From Lingula anatina (taxonomy: Eukaryota > Animalia > Brachiopoda): a DNA stretch of 64,000 bases. Both the position numbers and the translations under genes were made by a program. Below are positions 11,251 through 31,490 of this stretch, piece after piece (the stretch's first letter is position 1; each line of letters opens with the position of its first letter). The stretch spans positions 24,490,001 through 24,554,000 of the forward strand of contig CM120642.1 in assembly GCA_051362555.1 (NCBI GenBank), given 5' to 3'. The notes below the pieces were generated by a model, which saw only the letters and a list, made by a program, of their open reading frames with translations, was not told the DNA's origin and ran no database searches.

Positions 11251-14197
11251 CTCTCTCTATTTATTTATTTTGCTTTTCAGCTCCTTTTCTATTATGTATA
11301 ATTAAATAAAATAATCGTAACATAAATAGGTTTTTTTCAATAAAATCGGGTGGTGCACTTTTATTTCATGTCCTCCTACATGTATATGGCACGTCCATGC
11401 CTGGCGGAGAACTTTATTAGAAGATGGACATGTTTATCGTCATTAGTATTCAAAGCACAGTTGGTCATCGGATTGATGTTTCTGATTATCTTCATCGGGA
11501 GGATAAAATTTCGTTAGTAATTTTTGTCGTCTCAGGCCTCGCAGAATTCCTTTCAGCGTCGTAGTCACCTTCGGTTATTTTTTAGTTTGTACACATGGTT
11601 AAGTAATTTTTTTTTTTGTTTTAAATTAAAGGATTTAAAGCATTAAGGGGGTGGATCAAATAAACTAGGGTTGTCGACCGCATTAGTTACCGAACCGATG
11701 ATTTCTACCATCTTTAGGAATAGAAAGATAAAGACTGATCCAGAATTAAGATATAGGCCAAGCGTTCCGTAAGCAATTTAATGCAAACCGTGCCCCTAGT
11801 CTAAAATGTATCACGCGTTTTGTCAATAAATTATCCACAAAACCATCGTTATGTGCGGGACGAGATAGGAGCACGAAATCATCTTTACGCATGTCTGTGA
11901 ACACTTGGCGTGAGGGGATCACAGTCAGGGGTCAAGGAGTGAACATGATGTAAGTGATTTAGTATATTTAAGGCCAACCTACCACGACACTGCTGCATCA
12001 TCCTATAAAATCTACAACTCGTACGGTATACACATATACTGTATACGGTTTAACCAGTTAGACAACTTTTTTTTCATATCAGTTGGATTACATTGTTTTA
12101 AATATTTCGTTATTGAATCAAAGTACTGTATGAATTGGTTTTTATGCATTCTTTTTGTCTGAGAACAGGCTGAATACCTATATACAAGATTTTCACATCT
12201 GTTTAACATGTGGAAATTTGTTTGAAATTTGTTAATGAACGTACTTAGTACTTTGCTCAATTTCTTTTTCATAGAAGCCCGCAATGCGGGTTATCGCTAC
12301 TTTTTTTAAGACGGGTAATAATTGATTTAAACATGCACCGCAAACAACAGACCTTTCTTAACTCATTTCTGTTTTGGCTTGAAAGGGAGATTACCGCCTG
12401 GTTAAAAATAAAAGCCTATCATTTCTCCTTATTTGCAGACGTTATATGGGGAATTAGGTGTCCTTTTGAAGACACGATTTTCCAGGACCAAGTACCGTCC
12501 ACATTACATCATAAAATGACGGACGCAAGCGTCTCCATACAGGCAGGGAGGCATAATGGGTTTCAGGGAGTTCGAAAGAACGGGCAATATGGTTGGACAG
12601 GCCGCAACCAAGGTTCTATGTCATATTCCAACTAAGGAGTAAAAAGTCCTATTTTCAGGCAAAAGACTCACTTTAAATTGGCGGGAAGAGGCCTGTCATA
12701 AAAATGGATATCCAATTGTCAATCCACCAGTTAAGACCAGTCCTCTGTTTAAGGCAGTGTGATTCGTTCGCCCATAACCTCAGCAAAATACATTTAAGTA
12801 ATGGTCGTTTCACAAGCAGAAAGATGAGATATGGCAATTACGTGTTTTTGCACTAGTCACGCTTTCAAGTGATCAATGATAAAAAAAGACAAAGATAATG
12901 GTTAGAAAAACCTATTCTGTTTTAACTCAGAGTGAAATTGAGACTATTCAAACGATGGTAATGACAACATTAACGTTAACTTTATTAAGTTGACGCCCCC
13001 GTAATTGCACCTTGGTTTCAGATGATAGATAAAATTGGAACGATTGTCGTATAATGTAATTTTGACCAGCAAAAGAGTGATTTCAAGCACCCTATTAAAG
13101 CTGAAATAAAGATATGGAATATCATTTAAAATCTAATCTATCCCACCATGCCACAAAAATATCCCCGTTCACCTTTTATTATTTAACCATAAGTCTTTTT
13201 ACTTGTATATCATGTATGATTTGGGCGTTGATTGTTTGTCCGCGTGACAATGCACAGTTCAGCAAAGAAAATTGATGAACGATCTTCTTTAGTGTGGTTT
13301 CTCTGCGTGACCAGTCACGGCATTCAGTACTACCCTTAGTTTAATAAACAATTATATTGCTAGGAATTTCTATAATGCATATCAAACAGATAGCCTCCCT
13401 GTGCTGAATGAATTGAACCAAATAATAATTAACTAATCTAATAGTGTGTAGTCACAAACAGTCCTACCGGTACTTTCCATTTATCTATGCAAAGATGCAT
13501 TCGAACAGCTAGTAACAAGGTTGTTCTTGCAAAGGAAAGAAGCAAAATATTTTGTGCAGATGCTTGCACCTTATGTGCCGAAGTCCAATATCATTTATCT
13601 TATATAAAGAAGTGTCCATCCAGCTAGATTAAAGACTCTTAACGGTCCGAATACTGGCTGACGTACGTTATTATCTTGATACAGTCATCTTCAAGATCTA
13701 ACAAACAAAACTTGTTTTTTATGACGTATCTCATTGTGCCGCAACAAATTTATTTTGCCACAATACTCAGCTTCTATTTGGCATATTTAATAAGCATTAA
13801 CACCAAAACGAAATGAAACATGAAGCCATTTTTAACCGTTTGAATGATCTAGCTTCCGTTGTATTTTAACTTTTGCTTATCAATAATCGACATTCAATCG
13901 ACAGACATTTCTCTTTTCGTCATTTGGCAAAGCAACAACACCTTAAAGCGTTTTGGGCTAAATTTGTGAAATCGCAAGCCTTTCTTTTACGTAACATATT
14001 ATAGGCCCCATGTCGAGTAAGACGTAACAGATTTTCTTCAAATACTGAATAACTGATCTTTTTGTAGCAAGTGCTCACAACTTACATCGAAAGTATCTGG
14101 AAGCAGACGAAAATAGTGGAAAGTAGGTCCCGTGCACGCTCCATCCACAGCCGAACACCAAAACCAACAAGAGTGGGACAATCCCGCTGCTTGCCAT
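7638..14197 (-). CDS. Secreted WAP-domain / Cu,Zn superoxide dismutase fusion protein (~275 aa; exons 14197-14086, 11142-10987, 10803-10667, 8714-8545, 8193-8076, 7772-7638)
   Basis: All junctions are GT-AG and phase-compatible (828 nt). Exon 1 is a signal peptide ([23 protein letters not shown]). Exon 2 is WAP-like (DKPGEC...[15 protein letters not shown]...ICRPP). Exons 3-6 encode an SOD with [49 protein letters not shown]. Confidence 0.8.
7850..7925. repeat. (GT)n(GA)n compound microsatellite in the last SOD intron
   Basis: Direct reading. Confidence 0.95.
8744..10119 (+). mobile_element. Tc1-family (DD34E) DNA transposon, full length, decayed
   Basis: 25-bp perfect TIRs cactggacaaaagaagtgtcacccc at 8744 and ending at 10119; TA on the left, TG on the right; internal transposase. 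Confidence 0.92.
8922..9950 (+). pseudogene. Tc1 transposase pseudogene
   Basis: HTH region ([10 protein letters not shown]), [25 protein letters not shown] followed 34 residues later by the E of SPDANIIE, and C-terminal GYATKY*. Interrupted by an early frameshift, TAG stops (~9323, ~9569) and a late frameshift. Confidence 0.9.
11208..11258. repeat. (CT)n microsatellite
   Basis: Direct reading. Confidence 0.95.
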
Positions 14198-16008
14198 ACT
14201 CGTCACCTTGAGTTAAAACTTGGACCAGATCGTCTTGCAGAGTGTATCGCTCCCTATCGGTGGAACTGTTTTTATAGTAGGCGCGTTACGTTTGGTGTGC
14301 TTTTGATTGATAGCCTAATAACAGTAATATCATAGCTGTCTAGTTATCAGATTTTGTGCTCAACGACATATCCTAGATAGGGTTTAGATACTTGTTTATT
14401 GGTCAGATTGTGAAAATGAGGTGTTATGGTTGGTCTAACAAGGAATATAGCAACGCCAAGTAACGGGTGAAGTAACTGTTTGTTGTAGGCCTATCTATCC
14501 CAAAAAGACATAAAACGGATTTGTAGTCCTATTTGTTGACCTCCGCGTTGGACAGTTATACGTTGCAACATATCTAATCCGTATGCCAGGCGTTGAAGTA
14601 CAAACCACGAAACGTATTGTAGGCCTATACAATAACGTGTTAGAACAAAGTTTTAGAAGAACTTTTGTATACAGTAGATCTGTTGGATCCTGGATGTTAA
14701 GGAAGGGGGGGGGGGGGCAAGGATGATTATTTTTTTTTCGAGCAAAAGGAGGCTTAAATAAAGTAGTTGATGGTTACTGTTTCACTATAGTATGTAGGGC
14801 TCAGGAATGGAAAGATACTGTTTTTGCCTTTTTTTGAGATGCTTCGAAGAAGGCAAAAGGACAGGAAAAGTTAGCAGTCTAATTTCGATTGGGCGGCTGC
14901 GCCCCCCCTTCCCCCCTCCCCGAAAACCTGAACTATAGTTCCCCTGCTGGTCATCTGTCAGATTATCTGCTCTACAGGGTACTCTGCTTGAACAAACGGC
15001 ACACAACATGTGAGTCCGGCATTAAAGTTACGTGAATTTGTTTAAGTTCTTCCTGCCATTGGGATTGAACGGCACTTCAAGGAATTTATCTATGAAACTT
15101 TAAATTAGGTCTATTCCGAAATGCCATCGCTTAATATTTAAACAGACATAGCCTACCTTGTATTTTTACCCACAATACAAATGCTAATATTTCAGCAGCC
15201 TGTGCAAGTATTTTTACTCACTAGAAAACAGAAGAGTGCCCTTAAGCTACTGGAAAGAAAGTTCAAATGTATAAAATATCCATAAACAAGGCTATTTCAT
15301 TTGACAACTAGGCCTACTATTATTTATATATTTGCTAACTTAGTTCATGTTGTCACGCAAAGCTCACCTTGGCGTACTTAGCCTTTCAGAGAGAAAATCG
15401 CAAGAGAAGAATATTCATGCTGCTTTTCATTGAAAAAAAATGCTGTTTTTCATTGAAAAAAATGTGAACTGGCTCTCAAGAATAAAAAAAGGAAAAATCG
15501 TAAAATTGGCACGTCATATGCATATGTGCGGATTTCCATTCAGGGGAAAAAATGATGTTCGAAAGTTCTATATGGTGCCAACATTATTTGTTATTATACA
15601 TCCACGTGGAGACAAGCTGTTTTTGTATTCCCGGCTTGTTTTATTCAACACCTTGAAAGGAACAGCTGAATATTGATGTGGTGAGGGGTGGGATAATGAA
15701 TTTGAAGGTCCACACATTTACTGCATCTTTTAATATCTTTTCATGTAAAGCGCATTGATTTTAAAGATTACCGTCTATGAGATTTGTTCGTTTATTAAAG
15801 GTGTATCTCAAGGACGTATTTTGGACGTAGGCCTACATGTGTATCGCAGTACGGGTCGACGTATGATGCGTGAGGAGGAGTTTTTTAAAATATAGAATAA
15901 CTATTTGTGAATGAGTGAATGAATGGATGAATAAATGTGTTTATTAATCAGAGCCTTTAAAAATAAGGTACAATCACCATAGACATACACAACATAAACA
16001 TCTACCTA

Positions 16009-16124
16009 CAGAGGCGGATCGAGGATTATTTGAAAGGGGGGTGGGGTTCGGGGCCCGCTGAAGGGTCCCGAAAATATTTGGTATTTTAGAGGGCGAACGG
16101 TGCCATGTGGTACAGTTAAGAACT
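16009..16124 (+). mobile_element. Partial GGCGGATC-type non-autonomous DNA element
   Basis: Homologous to 5596-5753 and 55923-56159. Confidence 0.55.
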
Positions 16125-17131
16125 AACCTCTTAGCTTCTTGATTCCCAAAAAGAAAAAGAAAAGAAGAAAGAGAAACAGTATAGCGATTATAAAAGGAGG
16201 CAAAGCCCAACAATTTTCCAACGCTGTGCGCTACACATTGCAGTAAAGTTATAATCGCGGCCAATGTTTTATATTTGCCAAGCGAGAGGAAGTACACCTT
16301 TTTAAGTCTTGTACACCCTAAAGCAATATCCCAGCTGGCTCTGCACGTGCAGATGTTTTACAGTGGCTTTTCTTGTTCATGTTGCTTCTAGATAGTGACA
16401 GCACCTTTAGCGTCTTAAAGGAGCATCCCTATTAAACTACGATAAAACTTGTAGTAAATAAATGGTTCTGATATTTGTATCTGGGAGAGTTTATTGAAAA
16501 TTATAACAGAAAAAATTAGTTGTGACGTACGCAAACTTTTAGCAGGAAAGCTACTTTGTGTTTAGGAACTGGTGTAGCAGCTTATCCGAAGTGTTTCTAT
16601 TTAAATCAAAAGCAGATCTATTTGTTTTCCTTTTTCCGTTTGGCCTCACTTCACGTGGTTGTTGTTTTACCGGTATGCTACGAGCCTTGACACGCGTTGT
16701 TTTTCCTTCATGGCACTAGCATTTCATTCATAGATAAGAATGATTTTCAGAAAAAAAACTGGCCTTTTCGCAGCTGTAGAAAAAAAATTCAATTTGCATA
16801 TTTTTTTTTTTTTTTTTGGCACAATGTGTATTTTTCGGGATTTTTTTTTTTTTATGCAACGTTAGGTTCCGAAAAGGATGTGACGGTCACGAAATGTTCA
16901 AAAATGAACGAGTTGTTTTAAAGAGCCGACAATATACAAATAATTATTATTATTTCTGAAGTAACAACTTCAATGAATTGCTAAGATACTAAAGTATAGT
17001 GTAATAGCCAGATGAAACATTATACAATAGACCCAGAAGTCCTACAGCACACTTCTAACAGCTGCAATTTGTGACTTCGTATTAAAGTAATACATGTGTG
17101 CCAAGAACAAATTGCCCTCTGTCATACTTAC

Positions 17132-17201
17132 CCTGGGCTTGAACTTTCAGCTCCAGTGATGTAACGGTAAGAACAAGGCAGATCCATATGAGATTCTCCA
17201 T
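17132..17201 (-). CDS. Orphan signal-peptide exon (MENLIWICLVLTVTSLELKVQAQ), possible alternative first exon of the WAP-SOD gene
   Basis: ATG at 17201, hydrophobic core, VQA-Q cleavage-like site, consensus donor AGG|GTAAGTA, phase 1. Confidence 0.4.
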
Positions 17202-19638
17202 TTCACATCAATTCTGTCCAGACGCATTAAACCGATGCCAGATTCTGATAGTGCCAACAGTGCTGAAGCACGTGACTTGAACTCGGGGGCAACGCACACG
17301 CGTGACTTGAACTCAGAGTTAAGAACACGCGTGACTTGAACTCAAAGCTATATATATGAATTGTCAAGAAGAAATCTACATGCTCCTGGTATTAGTATCA
17401 GCGGTTGACTCTGCTACACCAGTAAGGCCTGCATACTGTCAGGAACCACAGTATAGAAGAAAGTGTAATTATTACTTTTAAAACTTACGTAAATGTCAGA
17501 CTGCCAGAAAATATCTCTGAATCCGTCCCTGTCATGATGTTGTATTAACTCAATCGGAGGAAGCCATTGTTTCATAAAATTCATACATGGGAAGCCATGT
17601 TGTATAGTATCCCTAGGTAATACTTCACACCTTGCAGTTCAAATTTTAATGTCCTTTGTTTCGAAGCCAGTAATCTGTTGGAGCTTGATTACAGGGAGTT
17701 GTTAACGGTCCTCTCCATGAGGGGGTGGACTTGTGTATGAAGTAACCAATCACTTTTTAAGTTATGTGATGGACAGTTTAGTAGATAAAGTTTAGTATAA
17801 AAAAATCCGTACACTTAAATCTAGAGAGGGATGAATATGCAGGAAGAAGAGTAATATGAGATGTGAGACTGGATAGGAGAGAGCAATATGTAGAGAGAGG
17901 AGGAGAGAGAGGCCATACTTGTATCATGTAACTTTTAGTGTAGCAAAGTATATTTTGTTGAAGTTACAGCATGGAGTCGTTTCATTCTTTTCCGTGTGCA
18001 GAATTTAAGGCAAGGAACCTGGGAATCTCTGTAGCAGTATATATTGGAGATAGCGTTATCCAAAGATGTGAACCCATTGAGCTCAACCCCTAGGGTTTTA
18101 TCATTATAGGGTAAATTTATGTAACGTGGGGCCCCGGGATGGTCTTAAGGTGGGTCCCCACAATGCAGTGGAAGCGTTTGTTGGTTAGGCTTATAAATCA
18201 AATCGGATCGCCCTTAATTTTTTATCTCCCATAGTCCTCATCTCCCATGTATGTTTGTTCATTTCATCTCTGTATTTATTTATTTATTATCTTTTGATTT
18301 ATTTTGCTGACAATACTACTGAAAAACACTTACAACACAAACATGTAAACTCAGGCCTGCTTTTTACAAAACGTATCAAAAGCATAAACTCGCCGAATTT
18401 TCAGGCTTTTAAGCTTTTGGATTTAGGAACCTATGCTTATACTGAGAAACATGAAAGCGATGTTATATGAATTTTTTAATTGATTTAAAAAAGATTAAAA
18501 CTGATTCTTGAACAACTGCATCTAACACGCAGCTCTTCTTATTTTCCGTGTCATATACTACTTTTGTGGTCGTGATAGATTTTCATACAAGTATTATCTA
18601 TTACTGCTGTCGGTGTTTTTTTTTTAAATACCGAGTTGCTACATTAACACACAATACCTATGGGACATGTCGTTGCAATGGCGGTTAAATAAATGACGAG
18701 GGGAATGCTTTTTAATATACAGGCACTGTGTGTGTCTTTATACGTATTTTGATCGATGTGTCTGTCCGTACCGTTGTCGGTGCCCTCTGTTATTTACCTT
18801 AAAACTGCCAAAACATATTTATGCTTTATTTTAGATAAAAAAATGGTATGATCGTTTTTTTTTTCTTGTAAAGTAAGTGATTCCTTTCCTTTTCTTGAGT
18901 TTAATTTATGTCAAAGGTCACCCTATAACCAACCTGTATTTTTATTTTAATTCAAAAATTGCTATGTGCCATTGTTTCGTAAGAGGTTTAAGTCCCTTTC
19001 GAAAATCAGCATGGCCGGATTATTCTTTCAAAGAAGTTATTGTTTTTTTCCATATAATTTGGTGACGTCCTCTTCGTTTGAATGCCAATCCTTATTTCAG
19101 TTTGAGCTAAAATTTGCTGAGTAGCTTTGTATGGCATTCGGCTTATTTTTAAAGCAATGGGAATAATTTTTTAAAGTAATTTGCAAGCTTTTCTGTCTAG
19201 ATTACTTTGTTACGAGTAGTTAAAGAAATGCGATTGTTTTTTGTTTTTTTTTTAGTACGTTCCCTTTTTCTTTGTTATCCTGTCGAAATTTTTAGTTCGA
19301 GGATAGGAAAGACATAAATCTAGGCGCTTTTATCTTGAAATGAATATTTGGATCTCTAAGCGACATTTGTAAGTTGTCCAAACAACAATTTAAAATTGAA
19401 ATATTTTCATTTTTTGTCCTTATATCTTGTTTTCAAATCAGTTTTGTGCTATTCACCAAAGCAACTCCACTCCTGTGCAGGCATAATCTCTGCTTCTGAT
19501 AAACAAAATTATTACTCAAAGCAGATGTTCCCAAATCCAGTCACGAACTATCACCGTTCACGCGTAAATATGCGAAACTTTAAATGTAACCCGCCCGGAT
19601 TCGGTTCATTTTCTTTCTACTTTCTGGAGAACATCGCC

Positions 19639-20490
19639 ATGAAGATGTTTGCGGTGCTTTGTCTGTTAGGTTTTCTCTTTGGTGAAACAGTATCAAAAAC
19701 AGGTTGGTAAATTTTTCATAATACAAGTCTTGGTGAATCAGAAATACTTCATATGCTACTTGTATGTGCAGTTTCTTGCTGATAGGTTCATAACCTTTCG
19801 GGGTTTACATTTTTTTTAAATTATTTTTAAATGTTTTCGGTGCTGTCTGGAAATGTTCAATTTACGCTTCCAGCAAAAAATAATAATAAATGAAATTAAT
19901 AAAAAATAAATAAAAATAAAAGAAATAATAATAATAATAATAGTACGGTTTACAATATAAGTATTTACTACTAAAAAGTGCTGATGCTCTGTTAATTTTG
20001 CTACTCAGTGGAATCCTACAGCACTAACGATACCCTCTTTGGATGCAATTTGAATTTTTTTCTGTTTGTTTTTATGATTGCAGGAAACGTAGACAGTGGC
20101 GTCGCGTTTTCCGTGGCTAAAAGCGAAACCTTCCGTTCACATGAAGGGGGACCCATGACGTACGATAGAGTAATTCTAAACATTGGCGGCGGATTTGACG
20201 CATCCACCGGAAAGTTTGTTGCCCCTGTAAGCGGCTTGTATCACTTCGACTTTCACTTCTTGACAATGAGCGGCAACCACGGGTGGCAGGTACTTGACCA
20301 CAATGACGAGTACGTCATCTCAGCCTATACCGGTTATGGCTGGACCACTGGCAGCAATAGTGTGAACTTACGTCTAGAGCGAGATGACAGAGTTTCTATC
20401 TCTTATAAAGTGATTCAAAGTCACCAGGCAGGATTCTATGGGAGTGTAAGCGATATGTACGCCTCCTTCAGCGGCTTTTTGATTAACTAA
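19639..20490 (+). CDS. Secreted globular-head C1q domain-containing protein, copy 1 (156 aa; exons 19639-19702, 20084-20490)
   Basis: Signal peptide MKMFAVLCLLGFLFGETVS; gC1q motifs VAFSV, YDRVILNIGGGFDASTGKFVAPVSGLYHFDF, TGSNSVNLRLERDDRV, SFSGFLI; phase-1 GT-AG intron; no collagen segment. Confidence 0.93.
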
Positions 20491-21410
20491 AACGTGGCGT
20501 TCACATTAATAGGACATGGGTTGTGAGATTGTAGAGAAGTCGCTTCAAACCGCCCGCAGAAAACACCGAAATATCCTGAAGTTAAAAATATGAGCCAAAG
20601 AATTGTGAAATCACGGTTTAGCCATTTCTCACTGACTTAAAAACGTGGCAGTTGTAGCCTATGTTCCAATGTGACAGTTATTGGCTTTAGGCCTACTCAG
20701 TTTACTGAATGACGGGATAAAAAGACAAATACTCGTTTGTAACAATGTTTTCCAATAGGTTGTAATTATAAGGTTTAGCAATATATCCCATTTATAATTA
20801 AAATATTCAAAGAAATACTGGACTACATTATTTTCCACAACATACTTTTTTCTATGTTAACATGTATTGAACGAACAGAGTAAGAAAGCCTGGAATTGAT
20901 ATTTTTATGTACTTAAACAACTTCAAAAATAACCGTTTGATCACGAAGCTTTAAATGACATTTGTAATGATTTTTTTCAATGCAAACCTCTTTCAGCTTC
21001 TGAATCAGTCTTTATTGTCATAGATAATTATTTCTCCAGTTTTCTGATTTCATACAAATTTTAACAAGCAACATTCAACAACACAACCTGTATGCTAACT
21101 CTTTTCTTGAAATAAATATTTGGATCTCGAAGCGACATTTGTAAGTTGTTCAAACAACATTTTAAAATTGAAATATGTTCATTTTACGTCCTTATATTTT
21201 GTTTTCAAATGAGTTTTGTGCTATTCACCAAAGCTACTCCAATCCTGTGCAGGCATAATCTCTGCTTCTTATAAACAAAATTATTACCCAAAGCAGATGT
21301 TCCCAAATCCAGTCACGAACTATCACCGTTCACGCGTAAATATGCGAAACTTTAAATGTAACCCGCATGTTTTTGGTTTATTTGCTTTCTACTTTCTGGA
21401 GAACATCACC

Positions 21411-21695
21411 ATGAAGATGTTTGCGGTGCTTTGTCTGTTAGTCTTTCTCTTTGGTGAAACAGTATCAAAAACAGGTTGGTAAATTTTTCATAATGCGAGT
21501 CTTGGTGAATCAGAAGTACTTCATAGGCTTCATGTATTTGCAGTTTATTGCTGATAGGTTCATAACCTATCGGGATATACATTTTTTAAATTTCTTTTTA
21601 AATGTTTTCGGTGCTGTATCAAAATGTTCAATTTACGCTTGCAGTAAAAAAAAAATAATAATTAAATGAAATAAATAAAGATAAATAAAAGTCGA

Positions 21696-21737
<42 letters not shown>

Positions 21738-22279
21738 AGCTTACAATATAAGTATTCACCATTAAAAAAAGTGCTGATGCTCTGTTAATTTTGGAATCGG
21801 AATCCTAAAGCACTTACAATACCCTCTTTGGATGCAATTCGAATTTTTTTCTTTTTGTTTTTATGATTGCAGGAAATGTAGACAGTGGCGTCGCTTTTTC
21901 CGTGGCTAAAAGCGAAACCTTCCGTTCCCGGGAAGGGGGACCCATGATGTACGATAGAGTAATTCTAAACATTGGCGGCGGATTTGACGCATCCACTGGC
22001 AAGTTTGTTGCCCCTGTAAGCGGCTTGTATCACTTCGACTTTCATTTCTTGACAATGAGCGGCAACCACGGGTGGCAGGTTCTTAACCACAATGACGAGT
22101 ACGTCATCTCGGCCTATACCGATTATGGTTGGACCACTGGTAGCAACAGTGTGAACTTACGGCTAGAGCGAGATGACAGAGTTTCTATCTCTTATAAAGT
22201 GGTTCAAAATCACCAAGCAGGATTCTTTGGGAGTGTAAATGATATGTACGCATCCTTCAGCGGCTTTTTGATTAACTAA
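21411..22279 (+). CDS. Secreted globular-head C1q domain-containing protein, copy 2 (156 aa; exons 21411-21474, 21873-22279)
   Basis: Same structure as copy 1, about 9 amino-acid differences, intact ORF. Confidence 0.93.
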
Positions 22280-23867
22280 AACGTGGCGTTCACATTAATA
22301 GGACATGGGTTGTGAGATTGTAGAGAAGTCGCTTCAAACCGCCCGCAGAAAACACCGAAATATCCTGAGGTTAAAAATATGAGCCAAAGAATTGTGAAAT
22401 CACGGTTTAGCCATTTCTCAGTGACTTAAAAACGTGGCAGTTGTAGCCTATGTTCCAATGTGACAGTTATTGGCTTTAGGCCTACTCAGTTTACTGAATG
22501 CCGGAATAAAAAAAAAAACAAATACTCGTTTGTAACAATGTTTTCCAATAGGTTGTAATTATTAGGTTTAGCAATATATCCCATTTATAATTAAAATATT
22601 CAAAGAAATACTGGACTTCGCTATTTTTCACAATAAACATTTTTTGTACGTTAGCATGTATTGAATGAACATTGTAAGAAAGCCTGGAAGTTGATATTTT
22701 TATGTACTTAAACAACTTCAAAAATAACCGGTTGATCACGAAGCTTTAAATGACATTTGTTATAATTTTTTCAATGCAAACCTCTTGCAGCTTCTGAATC
22801 AGTCTTTATTGTCAAAGATAATTATTTCTCCAGTTTTCTGATTTCATACAAATTATAACAGGCAACATTCAACAACACTACCTGTATGCTAACTCCTAAG
22901 ACCTGTATAGCAATGGTACCTTTTGAAGGCTTTACCAGGATATGGAAATTACACACTATATTATTTGATTTCATGAGAGATATCAGGTTTGAATTACTGA
23001 GAAATGATTTTAAAATGAAAGTGATGGCTAATAATTTGATTTACCAATGCATCTTCTAAAGTCTCTAAAAAACCTTGACATGTAATGCATTACACTGATT
23101 ACAGTAAATAAACTCAACATTCTAACAAAAGCTTTAATTTTTTTGTATGCATATGTTGTACTTGAACTTCATTTTTTAACATCTAGTTTTGTACCAAAGT
23201 CAGAAAAAAATCACCCGACATTTGGCCATCTTCTCTCTTCAACAATGTTTAACATAGACATTATAAATTTAATAAAAATTAAGTTTTTAAAAACTTTTTG
23301 GTATGGAATGTAAGATGAAAAAAACAGATCACTTGATACATGGGACATGTAAAAAGGGCAATTTGTCTTTGTTCACTATACAAAGGCAATCCTTGTTATA
23401 CTTGTACAAAATGTTAACATGACAATGATAGACTTATCTTTCTATATTAAATACCTACAGACATAGAAAATGAAGAGGTATTATGCAAAATGTTTAATTT
23501 ATTATTGTTACATAATGAAAGTAACCAAAAAGAGATAATTGCTGCCAATGATTTGTCATTTTGATCATAATGCAGCTGTCATTTGCCAAAACATATTACT
23601 GTCATAAAGCTACAGGGATTTTTTTATATGCTTGAACCAAACTAGCACAAAAATTCATCTTGTGCCAATTACCATACTGACATCAATCAAAATGCAAACA
23701 AAACTCTTTTTGGCAAACATCTTATTGGCAAAATATGTATTTTTTTCTTAATTGTCAATCAGTAGAGTTAACTTTTTTTTTGCAAATATCCAGTGGCACC
23801 TTTAAAATTATAGCTTGTATCAAGCTCCTTACTGTCGAGATATTTTTTTCATGTTCATTTTTTCCTT

Positions 23868-31324
<7,457 letters not shown>

Positions 31325-31490
31325 CCCCAAAATGTGACCTGAAATGATCGTAAACATTAAAAATAAACTATTACTGTTACCAGTGAATTGATATAACTTT
31401 TTACTCTCGTCAACTCAGCTTACAATACTCAACACTTTCTGAAGGGGTTTAAAAAGTACTTTTTTCATCAAATGCCACAGGAATACTTAC

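Larger units (their letters stand above)
19328..22895 (+). repeat. ~1.78-kb tandem segmental duplication containing the C1q genes (19328-21101 / 21102-22895)
   Basis: Both units start tcttgaaat.aatatttggatctc and end caacattcaacaacac.acctgtatgctaactc. Confidence 0.9.

Noticed and set aside
12012-12635. ORFs 12012-12284 (-) and 12333-12635 (+) in the first SOD intron
   Set aside because: No domain similarity recognised and no phase-compatible splice sites found.
19396-19638. Upstream extension of the C1q ORFs in the ORF track (also 21216-21410)
   Set aside because: They start at non-ATG codons; the signal peptide begins at ATG 19639 / 21411.
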